Assembly: GCF_964204645.1 (NCBI RefSeq)
Contig: NC_134028.1
Coordinates: forward strand, 12,695,263-12,759,262
Reading direction: 5' to 3'
Length of the DNA stretch: 64,000 nucleotides
Origin: Tubulanus polymorphus
Taxonomy: Eukaryota; Animalia; Nemertea
Positions 41,424 through 53,459 of this stretch are shown piece by piece (position 1 is the stretch's first letter; each line of letters starts with the position of its first letter). Under the pieces are notes generated by a model that had not been told where the DNA came from, made no database searches, and saw only the letters and a list, made by a program, of their open reading frames with translations. A program made the translations under genes and the position numbers.

Positions 41424-41801
41424 TTAATTTTTTTCTTAAACAAATGAGTGGGGGTTATATAAATCCTTCTAAGAATTCTAGAATATCTAATGCAATTAAA
41501 GGAGTGAGATCTGATCATATAATTACTCATAATCCTTCTAATATCAATCCCGAAGAAACTTAATACGTTAGAATTCCACGATAACACAAAATCCTTTTTA
41601 TGTTCTAAATAGTTTTTATTTATCAGCTGATATAAAAGTAACTGGTCATGATAATAATTACGTTGTCGATAATGTTGGAAGATATTTGATTAAAGAATTA
41701 ACTATAAAGATTGGACCAGAAACAGTTTTTTCATTAGATGATTATGATTTATTTACGCATTGTAAAGATTTATGGTTAACAAAAGAAAATAGAAATGATA
41801 T

Positions 41802-42021
41802 GATAATAAGATAAAATCCCACTATTTACAGATTAAAAGAATTTAAAAACAAGAATTTATTTATTAAATCTAAAATATTTAAAAGACACGACGTTTCGAT
41901 CTCACCCTAGAGATCATCGTCAGGTGACGCCACCAATTCTTGTTTTTAAATTCTTTTAATCTGTAAATAGTGGGATTTTATCTTATTATCCGTTCACCAC
42001 GTTTGAGTGTGGTCATCGTTC
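41802..42021. mobile_element. Penelope-like element pLTR fragment (inverted arms plus tail) with TSD
   Basis: Perfect 56-bp inverted arms 41802-41857 / 41935-41990, a 31-nt tail 41991-42021, and TSD TAGAAATGATAT(GATA) at 41790 and 42022. Confidence 0.75.
41887..41926 (-). ncRNA. Minimal type I hammerhead ribozyme motif
   Basis: Minus strand reads CAC CUGACGA U GAUCUC UAGGGU GAGAUC GAAA CG UC GUG: core boxes, 6-bp stem II, 3-bp stem I and minimal stem III. Confidence 0.75.
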
Positions 42022-43206
42022 TAGAAATGATATGATATTTCAAGGAATTCAATCCTTAAATAAAAATAAATTGAGGTCAGGAGCTAATAATGCAATAGTA
42101 GATAATACCGCAGACAATTTGATTAAAAATATTTATGGATGTAAGTATAAAATTCCATTAGACTTTGAATCAATAAATAATAATGCGCCTTAATATAAAT
42201 ATGCAATACAAGAAGATATTATATTCGAAATAACATTTGCTCCTGTTAATGAAATTGTATAATCTAGCGTTATTAAAGATATGGGTTATAAATTATCGAA
42301 TATATATTTAGAATATGACACAGTAACTGATGAAAATATTGCTAACACAATTCAAACTAAATACAATCAAGGATTTTCATTATTATATGATTATATTGAT
42401 AAATTTAACACTCTTACTATTAATGCAAATGATGAAATAATTAATGAGAATATTAACTTCCCAAGAAGATCTATCAAAGGTATATTAATATTTTTTACCA
42501 TTGCAACATATTCTAATGGAGCAATAAAAGTTGATAATTATTATAATCCCGAAATATCAAAAGTTGAAATAACTATCGAAGGTATAGGAAATAAAATATT
42601 TCGTCAAGGAATGAGAATGATTGATCGATGGGTTGAAATTTTAAAAAAAACATTTTATGAATGAAAAAATAAAATCATCCGAAGATTGTAATATTAATCA
42701 AATTGATTACTATACCGGCAATAAATATGCATTATGGTTAGATTTTAGAACAACTGAAGATAACTTATTACATGGTTCTGGTAAAAAACTACAGAACACT
42801 AAAGATGGAATTCAATTATTCATGAAAAAGTAAAAGGGAAGTTTGAATTATAAAATGCACATTTATATTATATCTGACGCGCAATTAAATATTATAAATT
42901 CTCAATAATTAGATAGTGTTATGTATTAAAATTTTTATTTTGATAAAACTTTTTATAATAAATGGAAGGCGGAATATATGAAATACAAATTCCAAGTGAA
43001 ATTATATCAGATATATATTATATAATACCTTATGAATAAAGTAAGTATTTTGGAGAATTCTATAATCAATTCAAATATAGAATAAGTAAAATAAATAATA
43101 TTAAAAGCGACGTGGTTGATAATTTAAGTAATGAAATTGATAATAATGTTTTACCTTCTACATCTCATAATGTTTAACCAGTTATTATCCACTTCTGATC
43201 CGCCAT

Positions 43207-43557
43207 TTATTTAGAAAAAAAATTACTATCTTCAAAATATTTAGTCATCTTATTTATAATTATTTCAGCACTTATAATATTAGTTTCATTTTCATATATT
43301 TCAGTTATTATTTTTTTAATATCATCCATAATAATATCTTCATCTAATTCATAAAATCTTAAAGAATTTCTAATTAAATCAGTAATCTTTTCTACGTTAT
43401 AAATTCCTTTATCTATCGTTGTTTCAAATGTTGTTTCATAAAAAAATGCAATATTTTTTATATGAGTTATGATGACATCATTAATATTAAATTTCATTTC
43501 TTTCTCACGTTTAAAATCAAATCCAAAACATATACTCGGTCCTACTGTTATATTCAT
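43207..43557 (-). CDS. Intact 116-aa viral ORF of unknown function (MNITVGPS family)
   Basis: Open ORF; three diverged paralogous copies in this window share both N- and C-termini (YFEDSNFF). Confidence 0.6.
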   Translation of the reverse strand: MNITVGPSICFGFDFKREKEMKFNINDVIITHIKNIAFFYETTFETTIDKGIYNVEKITDLIRNSLRFYELDEDIIMDDIKKIITEIYENETNIISAEIIINKMTKYFEDSNFFSK

Positions 43558-43924
43558 GTTTATATATCCAAAAGAAATACTCTATATCTTATAACTAATT
43601 CATTAATTATAGGAAAATTATTTAAATTAATTAAGTAACCATTATGATTTCGTATTTCTAATTTAAAATTATTAGATTTTGAAATACAAGGCTTGAATCA
43701 TTCACTTAAATTATAGTTTATTTGCGTACCAAATTGTTTAACATTTTTTAATGGTAGAATATTCAATAAACCAGAATTACAAATTGTATCTTTAGTTGCT
43801 TCGAAAGTTTTTTGTTGGGTCAATTAAATTGCTATAAATATAAAAGTGTGTAAAAGGTATTATAATTGACCTACCTTCTACGCTTCCAGTAACAATATTT
43901 GGTTTATTTTCCTAACATTTTAGC

Positions 43925-44918
43925 CAAACAATTTATCATTTCAACTGTCAAACAATTTATCATTTCAACTGTCAAACAATTTATCATTTCAACTGTCAAA
44001 CAATTTATCATTTCACTGTCTAACAATTTAACATTTCAACTGTCAAACAATTTATCATTTCAACTGTCAAACAATTTATCATTTTAACTGTCAAACAATT
44101 TATCATTTCAACTGTCGAACAATATATCATTTCAACTGTCAAACAATTTATCATTTCAACTGTCGAACAATTTATCATTCCAACAGTCGAACAATTTATC
44201 ATTTCAACTGTCAAACAATTTATCATTTCAACTGTCAAACAATTTATCATTTTAACTGTCAAACAATTTATCATTTCAACTGTCAAACAATTTATCATTT
44301 CAACTGTCGAACAATTTATCATTTCAACAGTCGAACAATTTATCATTTCAACTGTCGAACAATTTATCATTTCAACTGTCGAACAATTTATCATTTCAAC
44401 TGTCGAACAATTTATCATTTCAACTGTCGAACAATTTATCATTTCAACAGTCGAACAATTTATCATTTCAACAGTCGAACAATTTATCATTTCAACTGTC
44501 AAACAATTTATCATTTCAACTGTCAAACAATTTATCATTTCAACTGTCAAACAGTTTATCATTTCAACTGTCAAACAATTTATCATTTCAACTGTCAAAC
44601 AATTTATCATTTCAACTGTCAAACAATTTATCGTTTCAACAGTCGAACAATTTATCATTTCAACTGTCTTATCATTTTAACAGTTGAACAATTTATCATT
44701 TCAACTGTCAAACAATTTATCATTTCAACTGTCAGACAATTTATCATTTCAGCTGTCTTATCATTTCAACTGCCAAACAATTTATCATTTCAACTGTCAA
44801 ACAATTTATTATTTCAACTGTCAAACAATTTATCATTTCAACTGCCAAACAATTTATCATTTCAACTGTCAAACAATTTATCATTTCAACTGTCAAACAA
44901 TTTATCATTTTAACAGTC
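43925..44918. repeat. 24-bp minisatellite, ~41 units (CAAACAATTTATCATTTCAACTGT)
   Basis: Head-to-tail array with a few variant and truncated units; no spacers. Confidence 0.97.
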
Positions 44919-45029
44919 TATTAGATATTTAAATCATTTAACTCAATTCAATAATTATAATGTAGAATTGTTATTCTTTACGCCAGTTTTTATGTTTAAT
45001 TGTTTCATAATGCTTTGATTTATGTGATT

Positions 45030-45587
45030 TTAAATATTTACCTCCACAATAACAATGAATTTTTCATTAGGATTAGATGTTTTGAATTCATTTTCTAAAT
45101 CATATTGAATTGCAATATCTTTATATGATTTTTCATTATCCAATTCACATTGAATTCCAATATTTGATGAATTTTCATTAGAGATAATTTGTTTATTATC
45201 AAAATTGAAATAATATAATTGTCTTTTTTCAATTCTTAAGTTAATCAAATCATTATGATCTTTTGAAAGTATTATATCATCATTTCTTTCATTGAAAGGG
45301 GTTTGAAGTACATTTATTATGTTTTCATCTGAAGTTCCTTTAAAATTAAAAACTGTATTGAACATTTAAGGATTTTTGATTCCATTATCAAAAGTATCTA
45401 CTAGTTCAGTAATTAAATATGTTTCATTTGATAATATTTGATTAATCATAGTTATGTTATCGATTTTATAATGTCTTGCGGACACTAAATTTGTTGCTGA
45501 AATATAATTTCAAATGTTAAACTGTGAAAATGATTTATTGGTTTCATTGATTTCGATTTTAAAGTTGGGTTCTTCTTCTTTCTTCAT
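45030..45587 (-). pseudogene. Unknown viral ORF next to the inverted terminus (MKKEEEPNF...FIVIVEVNI)
   Basis: ATG at 45587 preceded by aaaaattttgttataaaa, like the PolB start at 35300; ORF 45030-45365 is its 3' part. Confidence 0.45.
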
Positions 45588-46019
45588 TTTTATAACAAAA
45601 TTTTTATTAAAACTCATTCAAATATAAACATTCACTGTTTTAAATATGAATTATTTCACTCACACTTTACTCGCACTTTTAATGTTTAAAAATCTAACTC
45701 ATACAAATATAAATATTGAAATATGTTTAAAATATAAACTATTTCACTCACACTTTACTCACACTTTTATATTCTTTTAGTTATCCATTTATTTTACTTA
45801 TATTTTTACTCGAAATCTGTTAAAATATGAATTATTACTCACACTTTACTCACACTTTTGTAATTAACATATAAATGATTTTAAAATATATGAAATTCAT
45901 GTAAATAATGTTCATTTATATGAGTTTCGCTACTAATTCAAGTAGAAATTGTTATTATTTTCATGTTTTTCATTTTAATGAGCTCGACCGTTCGACCTTT
46001 GGTATAGAACAACTAAACC

Positions 46020-46785
46020 CCTATTACTAGCAACGAAAGTAATAATGATTCTGTTGAAACTGAACCTGAAATGATTTGGAAAAGACCTTTTTTATTTTAT
46101 GACAAGAATAATATAAAGAATCATTTCTGTGAGCATTGTCGAATGAAATATAGCCCTGAAATATAGAAGATTGAGAGAATCATCAATTTAAAAAAACACA
46201 TTTAGATAAAATTTCTTGTAAATTTGAAAAAGAAATTAATGAAAGAAAAAATAAAATATTAGAAAAAATAAAATACGAGAAAACGTTACCAGATAATAAA
46301 GACACTCTTGAAAAGTTAGAAAAACAATATAATGAATTAGTAAGAAAAACATATTATTGTAAATATTGTACATTGATTATTTTAAAAAAAAAGTAATTCA
46401 AATCTACATAATGAAACAATAAAACATAAGAAAACGCAAGAAAATACCAAGAACTTAATGAAGGTCTATCGCCAAGATATGATAGAAAAAAATGCCCACA
46501 ATGTATTTATGAGTTCTTAAGACAAGAAGATTCTGTGATATTTTGCAATGAATGTGGATGGCAAAGAAATTTATGGGGTGATGAAAAAATTAGAGATTTT
46601 CTTATAGTACCAAAATTAAAATATCTAGATGAAATTTTTAAAATATTTTCTATGGAAGATCATACACCAGATTATAAGCAATGGCTTGAAAAATGAAAAT
46701 GATAGAAAATAAAATTGGTGAAATAACTAAGAAAGATATAATAAAAACAATTACTCCATCAACATGTAACACACAAAAAAAGAAA
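46020..46785 (+). pseudogene. Degraded AT-rich Zn-finger ORF, probably from a related element
   Basis: Fragments FCEHC..H...H, YYCKYC..H.....H, KCPQC..FCNECG; composition like the viral copies. Confidence 0.4.
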
Positions 46786-48769
46786 AGATTGAAGACATGG
46801 CGAACCCCGTCGATGACATGGTCAACTGAGTTAAAATTCTACGAAAAACTGTTTTTGGCGGGAAAATTCTTAGCTCTCGCGTCACCCGTCAAGGGATTCG
46901 AACCCACTACGCTAAAGCCGTTCGCCGAACCCCTTGACCTCACGAGTCGTTGGAGTCGTTACTAGCCGACCAAAATCCGGTCGTACCAATCACAGCGCTT
47001 GTAACAAACGACTTTAGGCTTCTATTGGTTTTCCCGTTAAATGGACCAATCAGCGAACGTTTTACTGAACAAGGAAGTATTTCGCAAATCGATATACGAC
47101 GTCATGCGCAACAGCGCCAGTAATGAAATCACGCTTCGTGAGGCCAGTGGGCTGGTGGAAGCGAGTTCGGGAGTGATACCGGACCCCTGGCAAGCGAGGA
47201 TGCTCTCGCGTATAAAATTGCAATGACCTCGATTGGGGGGCGTCGTCTCGACGAGCGAATGGGATTGGTTGTTTTGGGGGTATACGGAGAATTCCGGCGC
47301 TACTAAAATAATTATGGGAAAGCCATAGAATGGCGTACGTTTAATTGGACTAGGTGCCGTATACGTGCCGATTTCAAATGCTCATTGCTGGTGAGGATGT
47401 AATTATTTCACTCATCCGCCATAGGTATTGTTTCATTTTAATACCTGGTAATTGTTTTGATTGACATTGATTGAGGTGTAAGCGAATATTCACTTACACG
47501 AGGCGCGTGGAGTGCTGCACGACATAACCACAAAATCGTACAGTACACTACTAATAAGGGTGATGCTGTAACGCGTGCACGTTTGACATGAAAATAGGCT
47601 GAATAATCGTAGCTGAAGAGCGCTGTGTTTTCTGTTCGATATAATTTGTAATAAATTGTAATTTCTTGTGACCTGAAAATAATAAGCAGCAAAGTTTAAG
47701 GTCTTACGAGGTAAATTTCAGTATAACCCGACCAACCCGACTTCAAAGGTACCGAATGAAAACTTTTTTCTGGGATTCATTGAAATAAATTTTATTATTG
47801 ATATAAACGGCCAACCGACCCACTGCCGACTATGAGCTACGTATGTTTGAATTCAAGTGTGCATCGTGTGAAAACATGCCTTGACATGTGGCCTAGTTTA
47901 AGTTTTCCAGGAAACTGGCAGTGTTCCAATAAGCTGCCATTCATTCTAATAGTGACTATATTAAAGCTGGTAACGTAAAAGCGCGCACATATTCAATGTA
48001 CTGTTTCATTTTTAACAGAGATGACGCTCTGGACATAGTTATAATTTTAGAATAATTCTTGAAATCTACGCTATTGGACAAATTTCCCGTGCACAACGTA
48101 GATGATTTTCTTTGCGATATTGCTTCCATGTAAAAAAAGCCTAAAGGTGAAAAATTTGATTTTTTGCCCAAAAATTTTGCAAAAGAAATTTCTACCTACC
48201 TACCGACTCATCCTGAAAAGTTGAGTCGGTGTTGCGGCAAACAGACAATTATTTTGGGATGGCCTTATTTGAATATTTTTTCATTTTGTGAAACCTTTTC
48301 TTGAAAATATAAGATAGTTTCCCTGCCGCGCCTACCTGTAGCCTACAAAATTTTGGACGTGGACCGTAAACAAATATATATCTTTGGTCTTATTTGACTA
48401 CACAATAGTTCTTTGAGAAAGATAAAATACAATATAAACTTGTGGAACTTTGAAATCACGAATTAAAAAGATTTTTCAAGCAATGCCCTTATTCCAAACA
48501 ACCTCTAGCTTTCAAGGTAAACCACACTTTGCCCATGGGCAATTTATTTAAACATCGATATCATTATTCCATTTGATGAATTAACAAATAAAAAGAAAGA
48601 AAAAAGGCGAGATGAAATGTGGAACAATGTGGAACTTCATTTAAATGAGAAAAATAAAATGAAAGAACCTAAAGAACCTAATAAATGTAATTCTACATTT
48701 GTATATTTTAAACCACCATTGCCAGGTAAAACCAGGACTTGAATAACAATAACAAGGATCAACATTAAA

Positions 48770-50103
48770 ATGATTTAAATTAACTTCTCTAAATTTTTCA
48801 AATATATCAGCCAATATCATCTGATTTTTAGTATAAATCTACTAATTCACCATGATTTTTGAAATGATTCCAAATATTTAATGTTCTATTAAAAACTTCA
48901 TCTTTCACATACTCCTCTTTTAATTGATCATAAAATTGTTTTTTTAATAATTCTATAATAAAATCATTATCAACTAAACTTTTTGCAAAATTAGCTAATG
49001 AACTTGCTAGAAATCTATAAGAATCTAAAAATCTTATGCAACCAAATTGAAATGAAATATAATTTTCAGATGTCTTAGCTCATAGTTTAAAATCATATTT
49101 TCTTACATTTAAATCATTTATAGCATTATTTCTCCTATTTCTTGATTAATTGCGCCTAATTTTCCTGATAATTGTTTCATAAATAGATGAGTATCATATC
49201 CTGATAAATTATGAAATAATATTGGAACGAAATTTACTTTTTTAGCTTGTAAATTACAATATTCATGAGCCGCTCCACGATATTTTGAATTTAAATGATC
49301 ATGATCTTTAACTTTTTTATCAAATGAATAAAAACGTTTTTCACAGTAACAACAATGAGTTGCATAATTAAAATCAATTTCATCTTCTTTTGTCATAACT
49401 TTTCTTTTATTTTTGTTTAATAATTGTGCAAAATTACTTTCTAATTCTATAATTTTATTATAAAATTCATTTACTACATCTTCACCTCTAAAAGAAATAT
49501 ATTGACTTTCATATAATTCAGGACAATTTGATTTTATATACATTTCATAAGCAGCAGCTCTTTAATGAACTTTTTTAATTGTATTTATGATTGGTGGGTC
49601 TTGAATTATGTCTTCATTTAATTCATTTCCTTTGTCCATTGATTTTAAAAATTGCTTTTTGTTATATGTTTCTTTTCTATCTTGATCAGTTAATTCTTTA
49701 TTCAACGATTCAAAATCCACATAAATTACAAATGGAACTATATTTTTAAATTCATAATTAGTAAAATTTCAGTTTATAATCTTTTTCTGTTGGCATTATT
49801 AATTTGAAAAATCTTTATTATCACATAATTCTTTATGTTTTAGTAATGCATTTTCAGTTCTAAATTTAGATAAACATTTTCTACATAAATATAATTTATT
49901 ACTGTTAAAATCATTTTCCATTCTAAAGAAAAATTCTATTTGTTTTAACCACATATAATGTTCATTTTCATCTTTTTTATAGTATAATCAATCTATAACA
50001 TTTTCATTATCATAATATTCTGTTAAATATAAAGCTTCTTATGTATAAACTTTATAATATTTTCACCTTTTATCTCTGGTAATTGCATTAATTCGAATAC
50101 ATT
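48770..50103 (-). pseudogene. pPolB fragment from a diverged subfamily (copy 2)
   Basis: ORF 49118-49543 CCYCEK..VKDHDHLNSKYRGAAHEYCNL..FHNLSGYD; flanks translate to VIYVDFES and CIRFLDS. Confidence 0.85.
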
Positions 50104-51968
50104 TGTACCGACTGCTAAATAATGGATACATAAGCCCGCGATAACTAGCGGCAGAAAAAACCAAAACACAAACTAGAGGACTGTATTTAAAATATAAAAG
50201 AAAAATTACAACTTTATTGCTCAAAGTAATTGCCGATTCCAAAATTGTCCAATAAAACGATCTCAAAAATTTGTGAAATGTCAGGCGCCAAAAACTCACA
50301 CAACGCAGTAAACACGGACGATACGATCGCTAACCAGCTATTAATCCAAACAAGCGCGTAACTACGAATACAATTAAGGCCTTAAACGGAATTACGGAAC
50401 GGAACACCACGATAACGAACGCGCACGCAAATTAATTCCAAATCCAACGGTTGATCGATCATCAAATGAGAACGACTCCGAATTCCATCCTCTCAAGATG
50501 AGTTACAGCTCCTATGGAACATCTATGGGTTGAATCATCTTCGGCTACCAGTATGACACAGACTCTCGAAGGATATATGATTACACGTAGCTAGACTAAT
50601 TAGGTCATACGACTGCAACAGATACGTCACTAGCTCATAAACCAGATTAATCAGACCAAGACAAAGTTCACTGTGACAAAAATATCAATTAAAAGCTCTT
50701 ACTATATCATCATTGCATGATTTACCATACCAATGCCTCTGAAGGCTCTCTGAAACATTCTCTCATTAATTTTAGAAAGTAATCTGCTCTTCAGAAATAC
50801 AAAACAAAAAACAATGGCTACCAGCCTCCTCCCAGCTTCCATTCACTAATTCCCTATTGTGCAATCACAATGGGTGGTGGCAGCACCATCAATAGGACAA
50901 AAAAAATCAAATTCAACCAACTTCATTACATTACTCCTAGCCACAACATACTCCCCTCTGAAAATCGTAAAATATATGCGATTGTCATATATCTAATGTA
51001 TACAATACTAAAATAACGCTTATCATACAGCCGTCAACTGCTCAGTGAACTAACTATAAAGTCTCTAAAACTACTTAGGTCTTTTCAGACAAGTCACTAT
51101 ACGTACAGAACCAAGGTCCACTTCACAACCCACAATAATAACTGTCACTCTGTCAAATCTAAGATTCACCAATATGCTCTTCCATAGCTTCCAGTAACCT
51201 CAGTCGCTGTACCGGACGACTCAATTTTCCTTTCACTGTCTTTACAATGACATTCCTCACCAAGCCATCTCTTCCCGGTAGAATTTTCTCAACTCTTCCT
51301 AGTGGCCACTCTTGTTTTCTTGGATTTTCATCAGCGATAAGAATAACATCTCCTATTGCAACGTTTTTTTGCACATCCTGCCATTTCTTCAAAAGGTTAA
51401 GTTGTGATAAATACTCTTTGGTCCAACGAGACCAAAACTGTTTTGCTAAAGACTGCCTGTATGCCCATCTCTTGGTGAGTGCAGTGGTTTTCATTGCTGC
51501 AGGCAGGTCAGGCACAGTTTGCGGGCTTAGACCAATTGTTAGCATTCCTGGTGTGAGCGTTTGCTCATCGTTCATGTTAGAAAAAACTTCAGTTAGCGGT
51601 CTGGAATTCAGTTGTGCCTCGATATCTGTTAATACAGTATACAACTCCCAGATTTTTAGTCTAGATCTCCCAAGTATCTTCTTCAATGGTGTTTTCACAC
51701 TCCGGACTATTCTTTCAAAGAAACCTCCCTGCCACGGTGCTTTAGCCGAATTAAATCTCCACTCGATACCAAGTACAGCCAAACGTCTAGTAATTCTCTC
51801 ACGACTTCTGGCCTCTAGAAATATTCTCCTCAGTAGATTAGCTCCACTCTTGAAAGTCAAAGCATTATCTGAGACTAGTAGAGCACATCTACCTCTCCTG
51901 TTCACCATTCGTTCAAAGGCTGCTGGGAATAACTCTGTGCTCAAATGAAAGGCTGAATCCAAGAACAT
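50104..51968 (-). mobile_element. BEL/Pao LTR retrotransposon 3' remnant (integrase, PPT, 3' LTR)
   Basis: ORF 51159-51968: SDNA, APWQGGFFERIVRSVK, LNSRPL, FWSRWTKEYL, WPLGRV..PGRDGLVR. Minus-strand PPT AGAGGGGAG near 50951-50959, then an LTR running TG (50948) to CA (50104) with an internal AATAAA. Confidence 0.9.
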
Positions 51969-53459
51969 GTCTATCGCACTTCTTTTGAGCCCAAACGTCT
52001 ACTTTTACTTAGTAGCCACTTGAGAACAATAAGCAATTAACGATATCAGCTACTTTTCCAGTAGTATACATTTCAAAACAGTCACTCTGAAGTAGTATTC
52101 CTTTCAATTCGGTTGGTTTTCTATAGTGGCTGTTTCGAAGAGTCTACTATTGAAAAGTGACCATTTTAAAACATCTGGTTTCGATAGTGCACACTAGCAG
52201 TAGAGGTGACTGTAAAACCACCCGTCTGTCAACAGTGACTTTGTGATAGTAACTCTTACCATAACAGCTACTCTCAAAACACATCGTTTCTAAAAGTCAA
52301 CTATTGAAAAATGACCATTTTGAGATGTCATGGTAATTTCCTGTTCAAAATTGCAGCATCTGTTAAAGATTTGCAGTGATACGTGACAGGTTCAAAGGTA
52401 CTGTTAAACCCTATCTGCTTTGTATACAGAACTCTGTATGCTTTGAATACAGTTCTGTGAATAGAAAATCAAAGTTTTTGAGTTGCTGAGAATCCCCTAA
52501 ATTATATCATCATGGATTAAATCCATTAATACGAAAATATAGTGCCAGTCCTAGAATTTTTAGAATTTTAAGATTTGCGATTATAAAACATTCTGGTGCG
52601 TTCATAAATCTTTGATTTTGTAGAAAAGAAAGACAAAAAATAAATTTGTCTTTTAGGCTTAATTTGTTTTTAAGGGTATATGAGAGAGGAATATACAAAT
52701 AATATCATATGTTCAGAAAATGAATTACGAAAACAATGTATCTAAAATACTTAGAATTAACCTTGAATTTATTGTTTATTTCGATACAAACGATTTTTAA
52801 GTAATCCATGTGATGTTCACTTTGTTACGCGGTTCTCTGCTTGTTCGTTCTTGAATATCGTTTTATCGCTTGCTAGAAGTGATACCCTAATCAAAATCTT
52901 ATATCATAGTTATATAGTTTGGTTGAAATGAAATTACCAACTATTATGAAAGATCAAAGGATTAGCGTATAAGAGTTGAGTGTTGAGATGTTCACGTAAT
53001 TTTGAAATCAGCAATTTCATTTGATAGAGAAAACTTCGTTTGGCTTAAGAAGTAAAAGAAATGTGAGGCTGTAATTTCAGTTTCACATACTTTCCAACTT
53101 TGTTGAGTAAATTGTTTATATAGATTATCAAAAACTCAGCAGCAGCTATCGGTCAGCAGGTCAATTACACTGGCTAACTAGACAGTGATTGATGAACGAA
53201 TGAACTAACTGCACTAACCACCTAAAGACCACGAACCTAAAGTAATTACCTCTCTTAATAGTAATAAACTTAGCACCGCAATATCTCTATGAGACTTTAT
53301 TTTATTTTTACGAATTGATGAACCAATGAATCGCTGAATTATAAGATAATCGTCAGTTTTCTCCAACTAAACTCTTTTTCTCAAATTATCGTAAACCAAC
53401 GTTACCAATACTTGAATTTGGAAGCGAATGCGGGCTAGAACCAACAAGGGTACCGCTTT

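Larger units (their letters stand above)
41444..42929 (+). pseudogene. Putative double-jelly-roll major capsid protein, interrupted by a Penelope-type insert
   Basis: Reconstructed beta-rich ORF of ~420 codons: IITHNPSNINP..YVRIP, DNVGRYLIKELTIKIG, YKIPLDF, YKLSNIYLEYDTV, NFPRRSIKGILIFF, KYALWLDFRT, HIYIISDAQLNI. The fold is inferred from pattern and gene context. Confidence 0.65.
35083..43176 (+). mobile_element. Endogenous pPolB/jelly-roll-capsid virus-like element (Polinton/adintovirus-related), copy 1; degraded and internally deleted
   Basis: Terminal hairpin, then PolB, a small-ORF cassette, a membrane protein and a capsid-like gene; very AT-rich, intronless; collinear with copy 3. Confidence 0.8.
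43177..46013 (-). mobile_element. Inverted arm of a related viral element: shared terminus, unknown ORF, penton-like gene, MNITVGPS ORF, start of MADQK ORF
   Basis: 45966-46013 is the diverged reverse complement of 35098-35146; ORF 43207-43557 is homologous to 61411; 43580-43925 is homologous to the penton C-half at 61040-61394. Confidence 0.75.

Noticed and set aside
40999-41587. Minus-strand ORFs 40999-41199 and 41192-41587
   Set aside because: Shadows of the plus-strand membrane protein and capsid pseudogenes.
43899-44932. 212-aa repeat ORF and overlapping ORFs; possible CRISPR-like array
   Set aside because: These are translations of a 24-bp minisatellite; there are no unique spacers or cas genes and the context is eukaryotic.
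35083-46013. Canonical intact Maverick/Polinton bounded by TIRs
   Set aside because: No AG-repeat termini, 6-bp TSD or integrase seen; the cassette genes are duplicated in opposite orientation, which points to a composite.
51247-51948. 233-aa plus-strand ORF
   Set aside because: Antisense shadow of the BEL/Pao integrase.
52981-53446. Possible solo LTR (TGTTG...CAACA)
   Set aside because: No TSD, no second copy and no convincing PPT or PBS; region 51970-53459 remains unexplained.
53428-53459. MRARTNKGTAL as the PolB N-terminus
   Set aside because: Homology to copy 1 begins at ~53460; the upstream codons come from unrelated flank.
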